64,000 bases of DNA from Camelus dromedarius (Eukaryota): positions 30,320,001 to 30,384,000 of the forward strand of contig NC_087436.1 of NCBI RefSeq assembly GCF_036321535.1. The letters run 5' to 3'. The notes under the pieces were generated by a model that saw only the letters and a program-made list of their open reading frames with translations, had not been told where the DNA came from and made no database searches. Position 1 is the first letter of the stretch. Each line of letters starts with the position of its first letter. Position numbers and translations under genes: made by a program. Positions 40,401 to 53,210 of the stretch are shown here, in pieces.

Positions 40401-43378
40401 ATGTAAGTATCCTTGAACCCCTTTATTTCCCTCACCTTCCTGCCTTATTTGCTGGCAAGTTTAAATGTTTTGGTATATGGTTGACATTAATAAAATTTTG
40501 TTTTTAACAAAAATATTTTAATCAAAACAATACTATATAGGACAGGAAGAAGAAAAAGAGGAAGGACAGAAACAGGAGTAACTTTCATAAGATGATTAGA
40601 ATGGGTAATTGCCAGAGTAATATCTGAGTGATGGAAAATATACTTTAAAAGAGAAGAATCATATGCACATGTAGCACAGAATTCTAATCCATGAATTGTA
40701 CTTTCTCTTTTGCATGTCTCATATGGAGATAACATGGTAAAGGACTTTTTTCCTTTCTTTTTCTGTTTTGACTTAAGAAAACAGAAAGATTGGGCTGTAG
40801 AGTATCCAGAGATAATTAGTGGAGAAAGTAAAATTATGCATTTTATGTTTCCCTGGAAAGGATAAGTAGCTAATTATGGCCTACCCCACAAAGGCATTTT
40901 CAAGCAGATCCATGTCAACAACAGAACAAAATGACAGAGTCCCCAAAGTTTCAGATTTGATGATGAGAGACAGTATAAAATTTACCTTTATTTTCAAATC
41001 AGAACCAGGGTGGCTTAATTTGTGACTGATGATAGCTGATGTCCACTGACATAAGAAATATGTGTGTTGAAATTGCTTTAAATCTTATGTATGTTTGGAT
41101 AAATGTTACATTATTAATTATAAAGTAACTAATTTTATGTTATTGTATTTATAATGGTTGATTTTTGTGTTGGAGGGAGATAGTTTAATGGATCATATAC
41201 TCAAAATACTGAGTTTATCTGGTTATACCACGGAAAGGTTTAGTGTGTTAATTTAACACATGAATGTATTGAGTTGTCAGTTAGTGGCAAGTGTATACAT
41301 TATATGCATAACCTAGGAAGAATAAATTAACATTGCAAACAAGAATTTGGATACATTATAGCAGTTATTACACATTATCACCGATTCTGTTAATATCTCT
41401 GAAAACCCACCTCTCAAATCTTTTCTTTCAATCCCATTTAATTAATGATTATTTCTCTTACTTTATATCATGCACTTTTCTAGATATTGGAGACATATAA
41501 ACAAGAAGACTTGATGTCTGATTTCATAAAAATGTAACTATTATAAGATATATATATATATATAAATAGATGGAAACAAGGCAGTAAGAATATGAAGATT
41601 AATGTTGCTAATAAATTATTACAGATTCTAAAGAGAGGCATAGGTAATATACCCTAAACTTTAGAGGCAATCTCAACTTATTTTGTTAGGATATGGGTGA
41701 GAGGTCCAGAAACAATTAAGAGGGAAAAGTGGTCATCAAGATGGGCATAGCAGAAATAAAAATAAAATCCAGAATTTTATGCTACTATAAGGAATTCCAT
41801 TATGAAACAAAATAATCCATATTTTAAAACTGTTGCTAGAAAAACTGTTAAAAATTGTGTATAAACAAGCAAACCCTGATATTTTACAATCTAATCCATT
41901 TGAAGCAGATCATGATACACTCTACTGTGATGAATTTGAGTCAGAAAGTCATTCCTCAAAATCAGGGCATGTTTTCTTCTGGATTAAAAAATGACTTTCT
42001 TTCTGTCACTGTGCCTTAGAATAACTCCCCCAGCCCCTCATTTTGTCATTGTTTTACTAATTGTTCTCAGAAGGGAGAAAATACCTATTCAGATATTGCT
42101 AAGAGTGGAGTTCCACTGAACATTTTAATATGAGAATGAAAGTAAAATGACTGATAAAACTCCTTGTTTTGGGTGACAAGGAGTTCACTGGAAATCTATA
42201 AGTAAATAATATAAGTAGAAAAATAATTGTTAGTGAAAGTTTGAAAGGCTGGATAAATTAATAAATAAATATCAGTGGTAAGGAAATAAAATGATTACAT
42301 AAAGCTAGTGCTTTGAAGTAAGAGAAGTTGTGAAGGTCAACACATGGTGATATCAGGTTAAGAAAGATGTCATTTATTTTTTCTATTTAATTTTATTGGT
42401 AGGGAGCATGTCTGTAAGCAAAGCAATTCAATACATATGTATATTAAATCAATCATCTTAAAAGCATTGTTCTAGGTATTATGGAGGTAATGCAGGCATC
42501 ATTTTTTGGGAAGTTACTTATTTGAAGTAGCTTTTTTGGCATCATTTTAAAAATCAGAATATTGCCTAGTCTAGAAAACATGATTCAAGGTACAAATGAA
42601 TTCAAGTAATTTACTGTAGAGATAGAGAATAATCTGGAATAAACTGAGTCAGTTTTATTTAATATATCCACTGAGTAAGCATAATCTACCAAAACTGGGA
42701 GTTAGGAAAAATGAATGTCGCCTAGTTGCTGAAACATTAGTTCATAAGTTTATATTTCTAAGCCAAAAATTAATAAATAAAACAATAAAGTTGCTTTTAT
42801 ATTGTAAACAGTATTAATGAGATACAGAGAAGAAAACGATTTCACAGTTATTACTGGATGACGAAAGTGCTAGACTCAAGGATGTAATTAAATGTCTTAG
42901 TAAGATAGATCGCTTATTCACCAGAAATGAGAGTTTAAAAAACAGAAAAACATACAAAAATGAAGAGAGTTACTTATGGAAAGAACCTCAAACTAATAAA
43001 TGTCATGTGGCTTGGCCAGGAAACATATTTAAATACAACTGTCCTAAAGAAAGTCTTTTTATGCTAGTATATTAATAAAGAAGATATTGTTCATTGGCTA
43101 TATAAATTGCATTTGGCTCAGAATATATATTTAAGTAACAAAAAGACATTTAAAAAATAATCAATATATGATTTCCTTAGATTAGTGGTACAATACTTAA
43201 ACATGTGAGAAAAAAAGAAATCACAAAATATTTTATGACTCAACTAATTCATGTTAGTTAGTACTTTTAAAGATTTTTTTAGAACATCATGAAATTTTAA
43301 TTGCAGGAGGAAAATTAATCAAGATTCCATCACTAATCTTTCTGTAATACAGCTGTAAAGTAGTAGAAATCCACTTAC

Positions 43379-43384
43379 GTGTGA
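43379..43384 (-). other. Candidate 6-nt microexon TCACAC
   Basis: Minus strand reads tttttatttatttatttacttcatacttatttgTGCtttccccaaacacctcacAG|TCACAC|GTAAGT, in unique (non-repeat-looking) sequence. Confidence 0.45.
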
Positions 43385-44064
43385 CTGTGAGGTGTTTGGG
43401 GAAAGCACAAATAAGTATGAAGTAAATAAATAAATAAAAACCCTTTAACCTTGCCTGTGTACACACACATTAAAGAGTCAATTGCCATGAATCTGATTAA
43501 CATGATTAGGTTATTAAGTTTTTTGTTGGAGACAGTAAGATTATATCTGAATATTGAAATTATAAGGAAAAATCTACTGTTTTAAATTGCATACTAAAAC
43601 ACAGTGGAATGCATATTGAACAAATACAACAAATATCTGTCAGACAAATAAAATTTAAGTTGGCATTTTAGAGATGACAAAATGAAATCATTTAAGAAAT
43701 ATCAAATTAACTAATACAATCTCCATACAAATACTGGAGAAAGGAGAATTTTCTTAGCTAAGCTATTTATAAAGCAAAACAACCCTCAAACACACTTTTC
43801 TAACAGGTGCAAAATATTTAAATCGTCTATTCTCTAGAGTAAGCCACTCTGTCTTCCGTGACTCTAGATTCTAGCTTTAAGTAACTTTCATCCACTTCCT
43901 GTCAACATATTAAAAGCTGACAAATCAAGCAATTTTGTCCATTAGGGGCCAGTCGGAGACAGAAAGCATCTTAGTATTTTGTATAGAAGAAACTTAATAT
44001 AAATAGTTGGTAAGCACAATTTTGTTAACTAAGAACAGAATGGATAGAAAGAATTTAAGTATTA

Positions 44065-44590
44065 TGAAAGTAGGGACCTGCAGTAACAGCTACCACCCCA
44101 AGGTGAAGGAACAAGTGAAGAGATTGGCATAATTACACATTAGGAATTTACAGGAGGGTGCTGAGAAGCTGAAACTCAGATCTCTGAGGAGAGGATGCTG
44201 TGCAGCTAGTATGGTGTCTTTCAAAGCAGGGACCCAAGGGGCTGAGACCCCTCCTCTGAGAAGGGGGCTCCCGCCAGTTGGTGCTAGTGTCTCTGAAAGA
44301 GACATTGAGGCTATTTTTCTTAATGTTGGAAAAACAGCAAATGATCCAGGTGCTGCTTTAGGAAGGAAGTGTTTTATCAAGGTGAACAAACAAGGCTGAG
44401 ATGATGCTCACAGAAACTGCAAGCAGACAGGGAGCCACTAGGTAGGAGCCAGTATCTTCTTTCTGATCCAGCCTCAGAATCTCCATCTACTGGCCCTACT
44501 GAAAGAGTGCCACAGGGAGAAGCTGGCAAAGGAGAATACAGAGGAGCTGACTGAGAGCCGAGAGAAAAATAACAGAATAACCTGCCTAGC
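44065..44590 (-). mobile_element. Ancient LTR (LTR78/LTR79-like)
   Basis: Repeated ctctgag.ag.gg..gct...cag.tggtgctagtgtctctga motifs and a GC-richer block in an AT-rich background. Confidence 0.5.
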
Positions 44591-45008
44591 CTTGAATCTT
44601 GTGTCAGAGGATTAAAAAACGTTATTCAGGTAAATGTTAATGCATTTAATTTAAAAATGTAAAGCAGGAAATTTATTTCTTCATTGGAATCAAGACTGAA
44701 TTTAAACTAACCCATCAGCAATTTTACCAATTAGTATAAATAGTGATAAGACCACAAAAATAAAAATTAAATGTAATCATAATATCATATACTTTAAATA
44801 CTGAAGATTCTTAGCAGACATTTTTAAAGATGAAAATATTTTGAAAGGTCATTTTATAACTTGCCCCAAATCATAACAAAGATTAATGATAGAAAGAAAA
44901 TTAAAATTTGGTTTCTTGACTCCTGTTTTCTATTTGTTAGAGAACAAGGCTCCTTTCCTCATGCACAGATAGGTGATATTTGTAGTAGATAACATTTTTA
45001 TTATCTTC

Positions 45009-45177
45009 TTTTTTATTTTTTTTTTTTGAGTGAAGGTAGATTTATTTATAGAGATACACTGAAAGGCAAGAGAAAGGCCACAAGGTGTGGGGGTTGGGTG
45101 CTCAGATTAAAAGTAGGTACACACTCCATAGACAGAATGCGGGCCATCTCCGAAGAGGGAGAGAGAGCGGGGTGACC
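45009..45177 (-). mobile_element. Poly(A)-tailed retrocopy of an LTR R-like segment
   Basis: Poly(T) at 45009-45027. tttatt (AATAAA on minus) at 45041-45046. 10-bp TSD tattatcttc at 44999-45008 and 45178-45187. Confidence 0.8.
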
Positions 45178-45557
45178 TATTATCTTCATTTTTGATATAA
45201 AGAAACTGACTGAGGCCCGAAGGAGTGAAATGACTGTAGAATCATGGGACAAGCCTGTAGTAAATGCCCTTCCATCTTAGCCTACTACTTCTCCTCTCTG
45301 TCTAACACTGTTGTGAATCTGATTCAATTACAGGGGAATTCCAGAGTTACCAATGACTTTTTTTTAATTAATATCTACTGATTGAATTTTAAACATAGTA
45401 TTTAGACACTAAATGTATTAAGACAATTATAAATGCGCCATATGCTTTCAGAATGTTATCACTGAGATATAGTAAAACCTAATGAACTGTTCCCCAAGTC
45501 TAGAATAGAATTTATAGAAAAAACTGTCAATACAGAAAATCAATAATCTATCAACAT

Positions 45558-46132
45558 CTCTATTAGTCATCTATTTACGCATTACAAATTATTTCCAAAG
45601 CAAATTTCTGAAAAAAACAAAAATGTATAACTCACAGTTTTTGTGTTTCAGGAATCAGATCTGTCTTAGCTGGGTCGCTAGCTCAGGGTCTGCCAAGAGG
45701 CTACAATCAAGCTGTTGACTGGGCTGCAAACACCTCAAGGCTTGACTGTAAGGAACCCATCCTCCAGTGCATGTGGCTCCTGGTCCTCCATGGCTGTTGA
45801 CTGGCTTGAAAAAATCCACCACCAACTCACAAGACTGTCTGCAAGGCTTGGGGTCTTGCTGACTGGTAGTTAGGCCAGTCCCTGGCCATGTGGGCCTCTC
45901 CACAGGGATACTCACATGCGGCAGCTTGCTTCTACTAGGAGGATGCTATCAAAGAGAAAATGAGAGATGACAGAGGTCATGTTCCTGTTGTAACCTAATC
46001 TTGGATGTGATATCCAACTACTTTTTCTGTATTTCATTCTTTAGAAGCCAGTCACTAAATCTAGCCCATACTAAAAGGCAGGAATACCAAGAGGTAGGGA
46101 TCATTTACAGCCATTTTAGAGGCTGTCTACCA
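45558..46132 (-). mobile_element. MLT1F-like MaLR solo LTR
   Basis: tattagtcatctatt...ctcacagtttttgtg..tcaggaatc...gctacaatcaagctgttgactgggctgca...ccatgtgggcctctcca...ttttagaggctgtctaccac. Confidence 0.8.
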
Positions 46133-46794
46133 CCAGGTCCATCTCCAGTCTCCCAAAGGGAACAAAATGCATATACAGTCATATTTACTACTTTTAATCT
46201 CTAGTCATTCCAACCCGCCTCTGTCAAATCCTATTTAAACATCCTAAGTAACTTTATAACAGAACAAATGAAGAAAAATGTTTTGAAATGTGACAGAACT
46301 ATCAACAGCACATCAAATAGATAACATGATTTGTGAAATTAAGAGGATTTTTTTAAAAAAGGAAACATTATGTAACAGTCCTACCAAGAATCATTAATAC
46401 AAAAGCATTATCTGTGAAATGAGATTTTTAAAAACAATCTGTTTAAAAAACTGTATGTGATTTGCTGTGTCCTAAATACAATTCCTTCAGACTTCAGTTT
46501 TTTTTTTTAAGTCAAATTTTAAAATTGACTCATGAAAGATTTTAGTCCACTATGGATTCTAAAACTAATTTCTGAACTCCTTTACCATTATTACTTAAAA
46601 TTCTGACGGGGTGATTTTATTGCACACTCGTTGCAATGTTATTTTAATTGGTGATTCAAAATCAGTGTAACTATTATAGTGTAACTGACATTTATATTTT
46701 TATCTTCCAGCACAAAGTGTTGCTTTTTTTAGGTAAGAGTTTCCAAATTACAGATGACCTTTTTTCTTCACCCTCAGTCCAGTACTCAGTGAAT

Positions 46795-47180
46795 TTCTTA
46801 TCCCTGGCCACAATGATTATCTTTGAGATACATACTTGGCCTGGATTAGTGTAATAATGCTCAGGGCTGGGCTTTCCTTTGTAATCTGCTGAGATACAAA
46901 AAGTCCTCTCCTTTCTGCTGATTTGACCAAGAGGAACCTAGACCGCCGATTCTGCCCTAAGTCAAGAGACCACCTGATGTCACCAATGCCGAGTCCATTT
47001 AGAGCTTGGTGAAGTAGACGTAGTAAATCAATGAGAGCATTGTTGAGCCACTCAGCTGTGCCTGAAATAAGCCTTGTTAGTAATCTGAGCCAAGAAACTA
47101 ATATTCTGTTTGCTATGACTTTGCTAAGCTTGTTTAAAATAGTTTTGTGGAGTTTGCTACCCAGTATGCTCCAACTTACA
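46795..47180 (+). mobile_element. MLT1K/L-like MaLR LTR (degenerate)
   Basis: ccctggccacaatgatt...ttgagcc..cagctgtgcctgaa...tgagccaa..aa matches MLT1K-type motifs. Confidence 0.45.
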
Positions 47181-48799
47181 TAACCAGTAAATAAAAGGGT
47201 GCTGATGACAACCTGAATTCATGCCTCTCCAGTGTGATTCAGTAATGAAAGTAAGGCCATTGTCCACCATATATAGAATTCAGTATATTTTGACTTAGAC
47301 TTAAGTATTATAGAATCAGAAATGACTTATTCTTTGAATAAAAAATCTTAAGTACTTATTTGATCAGTCACATTTGTATGCAGAACTTAATTATCTACTA
47401 AATAAATGATGTGCCTTCACTTCAAGATAAACCTTTAAGCAAACGTAGGGGATGTTTAAATTGTCACTTGATATATCAAGTCACAACTATATAAAGAGGG
47501 AACAAATTCTTTATCAGCAATTGAAGTAATGTAAAAATGTACAACTTAGAAAATTCAAAAGCTCTTTTTATGTAAAACTTTCACTTTGCAATTAAACAGT
47601 TTTTAGTTATTAGTTTGACACATCAAAGATGCTGATGTGTTCAGCTGGAAGAAAAATATTCTAATGTAATTAAATGTAATATTTAAGTAGGAATAATGAA
47701 TTCTTGTTGCACTCCTGCAGTAAAGAAGCTGTGTGACTTTGAAATGTTTTCTGACCTCTCTGATATTTCAAAGTCAAGTTATTTTCTCTACAATAATTCT
47801 AGGCTATCTTCCATGGACTCTTCCAAATAAAAAATCAAGTGATCCAGTAAAATAATTCTGGGAAAAACAATCAGTGATATATTAAAAATTAGAGCATACC
47901 ATGCCATTATCCTGCTTATAATTTATCAAGTGTATATGCCCTTGAGATGATGTTTATCAGCTTTAAGTAGGAATTTTAAGCCTTGAATATCTGTTCTTTG
48001 TCTGTCTTTCCAGGCCTCTCACCACATTCCTTACATACACTCCACCTACTACAACTGTCAATCATTTCCTCTTCTAACCTGTTTCTAGTCTTATACACTT
48101 TGAGCATGCTATTTTTTCTCTCTCCATAGTGGTAATTTCTACATTCTTGACTTGCCTAACTCCTCCTCCTTTTTCTTGTATTACTTAAAAGGACACATGC
48201 TCAATTATCCCTATTTTAACCCATCACCACTAATCCAAATTTAGTCCCTTTTTCATTCTTTCTCATAGTATTTTGCTATTTTCCTGAAGATAACTTACTA
48301 CAGATTGTAATTTTACACATATATCATGTACATAACTTATTCTCTATGTATATACATAAGTGTGTATATATATGTGTACATCTTTACTCTGTTTAATATT
48401 TCTGTACCTTTGTATATGTAGTGTATGACACTTCTGTCTAGTGAATACTAGGATCTGTATAAAGCTGTTAAGATTGCTTTATCATTTAGAAAAACTGGCA
48501 GAAAGATAAAAAGTGAGGTGATTTTTTTCTGAATCCTTATCTCTATGACATAATATATAAATCTAAAAGACAGTGGATTTTTAGATTTATGAGTAATGTA
48601 TTCAAGATTTTGTGGGTGTTTTATTGCCTTTACTTGCTTAAATTTCTAAATAATTTCTAAAATTTAAAGCAATAAAATATCATACATGAAAATATCATAG
48701 CACATCTTACATTTACTTAATATTTGGCATTTTTGAGAAGAGAAAAATATCTTTTTTATTTTCTAACATTTTGGTGGTGTATAATGATTCAAGTGATTA

Positions 48800-50340
48800 T
48801 TATTTAACATACATTCAAAGATTTAGCCAATATTACTAATTCAATTTATTACTAGATTCTTCTAGACTTCTACATACTTAAATATATTGTCTTTGATTAT
48901 GATAGTAATTTCTTCTTTTTTCCAATTTTATAAGTTTTGTTCATTTTTCTTCCCATATTGAACTGGCAAGCAATTCTAGCGTAGTGTTGCATAAACATGA
49001 TGACAGAAGACATGCCCTGCTTGTCACTGATTACAGAGAAAAATCTCTGAATTGTCTGTGGGTTTCTTTTTTCCTGCCAATATTCTTATTCATATTTTTT
49101 AAAAAAGTCTTCTTGTTAGCTGGTTAAGGCTTTAGATTATAATTAGGCACAGAATTTTACTGAATGATTTTTCTGCATATATTGATAACCCTATTATTTT
49201 TTTCTTTTATTCCATTAATCTAGTTAATTACATTGATTGATTCATGAATATTAAATTAACAATATATTCCTGCAATGAACAAATTTGGCCATGATATATT
49301 TTTCTTTACAGTTAAATATTTGATTTTGGTTTAATAATATTTAAAATGTTTATGTCTATTTTTGTGGAAAAGAATTGCCAGTAACTTAACTGTTGTTGCA
49401 ATATCTTTGTCAGGTTCTGTTACAAGGTTATTATAGTCTCCAAAGTTAAGATATGATTTTCTATTATCTATTCCTTGAAATTGTTTTGAATGTTTGAAGT
49501 TATTTTTCCCTTAAAGATATGGTCAGTTTTATCAGGGAAGACTTCTTGATCTGTAGATATTTTTTATGGGGGGATTTAATCAATGCTAAATTTTAAAAGA
49601 TGTAGAATAATTCAGATTTTAAAACTTTCTTATGTCAGTTAGTATACATTATATTTTTATGGACATTTGTCTATTTCATCTATATCATCAGATGTACTTC
49701 TATAAAAGTGTTTATAATATGCTTTTATAATTGCTTTCATATTGGTTAAGATCTCTATTAATATCCCCTTTATTAACCCTATTATTAATTATTGTATTAT
49801 AAAATGTATTATAAATGTATTATAATTTTATTATCTTGATATTTTACATTTATTTGTCAACTTTAAAATGAGAGAAATGCTTAGATCATTCATTTCTTCA
49901 CCTTTATTTTCTTAAATATGCAGTAAATGTATAACTTTACTCCAACCACAACTAGAATTTTTGGCATTTAATTAAAAAAAGATTTTCTAATTACTTTGTG
50001 ATTTTTTTCATCTCAGTAGTTGGATGTTTAGGAATCTGCTTTCTAATTTCCTAATTTAATTGAAGTTTGAGAGTTATGTGTTTTAATATTGATTTTTAAG
50101 TTAATCCCATACTAATTAGATAATATACTATTTGTACTAAGACTTTGATATTTCTTGTAACTTTCCATGGGACTCAGCATGTGGTAAGTTTTAATCTTCT
50201 GTCATGTGTACTTACAAAGAATATGTATTTTGAAGTTGTTGGGCTCAAGTCAAATTCATTAACAACGTGGTTCATATATTGTAAAAGCTAATTGTTTTGG
50301 TGGGTTTTTTTCCCTTGTCAACGTGTTTTATCAGCTCCTG
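48800..50340 (-). mobile_element. Ancient L1 ORF2, antisense
   Basis: attacattgattgatt...atattcctgcaatgaac...atatctttgtcaggttctgttacaaggttat...agaatatgtattttgaagttgttggg. Confidence 0.7.
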
Positions 50341-50404
50341 AGAAAGTTGTTTAAATACCTCCAACCTCCAAGTTGTTTAAATACCTCCTGAGAAAGTTGT
50401 TTTC

Positions 50405-50480
50405 GTATTTTATATTGAAAAAAACATCTGCATATAAGTGACCTGTGCAGTTCAAACTCATGTTATTCAGGGATCAATTG
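50405..50480. mobile_element. Tigger2-family terminal fragment
   Basis: atctgcatataagtgacctgtgcagttcaaactcatgttattcagggatcaattg followed by TA matches the Tigger2 TIR end. Confidence 0.7.
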
Positions 50481-50668
50481 TATTTTATTTGTGATGAGAA
50501 ATTTACCTAAGAAAGAAATTTCATCATACTTTACAATATTTAGTATGTTGAAACAATAGGTTAGACAAGAATATATTTGGAATACAGTTTCTTTAATATT
50601 TTTGGTTCACATATCTGTTTTTAAGTTTGCATAGGTCTTTCTAAAATAATACTAAAAACAATTAGCAA

Positions 50669-50671
<3 letters not shown>

Positions 50672-50711
<40 letters not shown>
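50672..50711. repeat. (TG)20 microsatellite
   Basis: Perfect run seen directly. Confidence 0.95.
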
Positions 50712-50714
<3 letters not shown>

Positions 50715-51294
50715 TGCTTCTAACAAATGAACATTTGCTACTGAAAAACAGAAAACTTGAGAAAACACACCCAGAGGCAAATAGTCTATTTAGGATGTGA
50801 TGTAATTTCCTTTGAGAAATTTAGCAATCTGGAGTGTCTTAAAAACTATAAAATAAATGTCCTATGGGTTTTGAAACAAAAGTTATCTTAGAAGTCACAG
50901 AACAATCATAAAACAATATTTTAGAAACAATAAAAATTGTATATTCTCAATTTTATGTCCACATCCACTCATATGCCAAGTATCCATAAATATTATTTTA
51001 ATAAATATACTTAAATTTTTGAGGTTAGCATTCACCCACATCTCAACTAACCATAAAATAATGTGAAGTTTGTATTGTAAGAAATGCAATGACTTTCCTG
51101 CAGACTTCTATACTAACATTAATCTATATAGGAAACTTCTATTTTAACAACATTATTTTTTCTCAGCTACTTTTTTAAATGCCCGTGTACACACACACAC
51201 ATGTCCACACACATACACATACTTTTGTATACATAAACAAGCTTAATAAAATTCAGAAGCATTATTATTATCAAACGTATATTTTCAGCTCTAA

Positions 51295-51475
51295 CAATTG
51301 ACCCTTGAAAAACAAAAGTAGGAACTCTGCAGGTCCACTTAAAAGCATTTAAAAAAAATAACTACTGCAGTAGTACATGATCTGTGGTTGGGTGAATCCA
51401 CTGATGCAGAACCACAGATACAGACGGCAGACTCTGTAACTACATGGTGGGCTCAGTGTCTCTCGCCCCACTCTG
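51295..51475 (+). mobile_element. Tigger2-family MITE
   Basis: caattgacccttgaaaaaca...gaactctgcaggtccactta...tacatgatctgtggttgggtgaatccactgatgcagaaccacagatacaga.ggc.gact. Confidence 0.75.
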
Positions 51476-51853
51476 TTTCCCCTCACTGGCGGAAAATATT
51501 TCTTTCATGGCTTTCATGTCAAGCAAGAGTTAAGAAGAGATGGGGAGAAAGTATAAAGGAAAGACATTCTTCCTTTCAAATATATTTTTCTTAAGGCTTA
51601 AAAAAACAAATATGAAGCCCAGTATTTTCTTGTCTATTAATTCCTACACCAGTCATAAGTTAACTTTATATTATGATATCAAATAATTCTTGTCTTGTGT
51701 TTTAGGTATGCTTTAGAAGAGTTCAATGTGATAAAAATTTGGAAATTTCATTATTATTGTCAGTTACAGTGGCTTTATTTGATTTAAAGAAATACAGTAT
51801 CTTAAAATATTCTACAATTGAGATTCTTTTAGCTAGAAATTTATGTATATCCA

Positions 51854-51900
51854 AACTCTAACCCTAATCCTTAACCCCTAACCCTAACTCTAAACCTAAC
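51854..51900. repeat. Degenerate interstitial telomeric repeat, about 7 (CCCTAA) units
   Basis: ctctaa ccctaa tccttaa cccctaa ccctaa ctctaa acctaa c. Confidence 0.75.
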
Positions 51901-52076
51901 TTTGAGGGACTCCCAGTGTCCCTCACACCCCCAGTCAATGAACTAAAAATAATCCATGTCTCCAAACATTGATTCCCTTCAATATGCCTCTTTAGATTAC
52001 ATGCAAATCCCAGCACAGTGCCATATACACATGGAAGGCAGTACAGAAATATTTTAATTGGATTTAAGTAGACAGC

Positions 52077-52119
<43 letters not shown>

Positions 52120-53169
52120 CACACAATGTGATACCTCTCTGCTTGAAAGAAGCAAACAGAGAAGATGTAGAGAAACATACTCTCTGCTAGGGCCAAGCTA
52201 TAGGGGGACAGAAAATAAGTGTGTTACAAAGAAAGGGATAAATTTTTAAGCACAATAGAGAAAGACAGATACAAGTTTTCCAAATCAGTTTATCTATTGC
52301 TGTTGTATGCCACATTCCTTTCACTGTGCTCTGTCTGCTGTGGGTGAAGGAGACCATTAGAAGTGTGATATATCCATATGCAACACTGAGTAACTTTTCC
52401 ATTTCTAACATCTGACCTCCTGAAAGTGCTTCTCTGTCAGTTGTCTCTTCAACTGGATAAATGAGAAGTTTCTCCTTGGAAAGAAAGGCTGGAGACTACC
52501 AATTTGGCCCAAGTTCATCATTTTACAAAGGGAAGATTGAGGTTGAAAAGGTTAAATGACTTGTTCATGGTCATGCATATATTCAACAGGAAGTCCCTGC
52601 AAGAACTCTTGTTTCTTTACCATCCTTCAGAGATCAGAATATGATCAGAATATGAGATATGAAAACCCTGAATAGTGTGTATATACATATATATATATAT
52701 GTGTGTTCACTATAAAGAAATACCTTCTATAAGTTGTTATCTACAGTTAATAAATCAGAAAAATCTTGAAAATTGGGAAAGGTACCACTATAAGTGTCTA
52801 TGAAATCTGAGAACACAGAATTTTATCACATAGCACACACATTTGTATTATTCATAATAAAAGCACTTCTATATGAAGATACTAATTGGGAGAGTAATTT
52901 TCTCTATGTTAAAATAATTTATTATTGGATTGTATTAAATTTCAAATAGTAATAAAGAAAATCAATTCCTTAGCCTACTATAACCATATCATTTTATTTC
53001 TATGAATGAAGCATGTAGTTAGCATCATTTTATAAAGGCACTTCTTTGAGAGCTGGGGAAGTACTAGAAGGGGCTAGGAAGATCATCACCCTAAACATTC
53101 CATTAAGTTTATCATCTGATTGGAAATTTAGTAGACTTTAAAAAGTATTTTTATCCTGAATCATTTTCC

Positions 53170-53208
<39 letters not shown>

Positions 53209-53210
53209 TT
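53170..53210. repeat. (TTTA)n microsatellite, about 10 units
   Basis: Seen directly. Confidence 0.9.

Noticed and set aside
6831..43384. A single coding gene joining the minus-strand exon candidates
   Set aside because: Phases are incompatible, one candidate has stops in all frames, and the peptides resemble no protein I know.
51685..51711. ttcttgtcttgtgttttAG|GTATGC recursive splice site
   Set aside because: Weak donor with no other support. Expected by chance in 64 kb of T-rich DNA.
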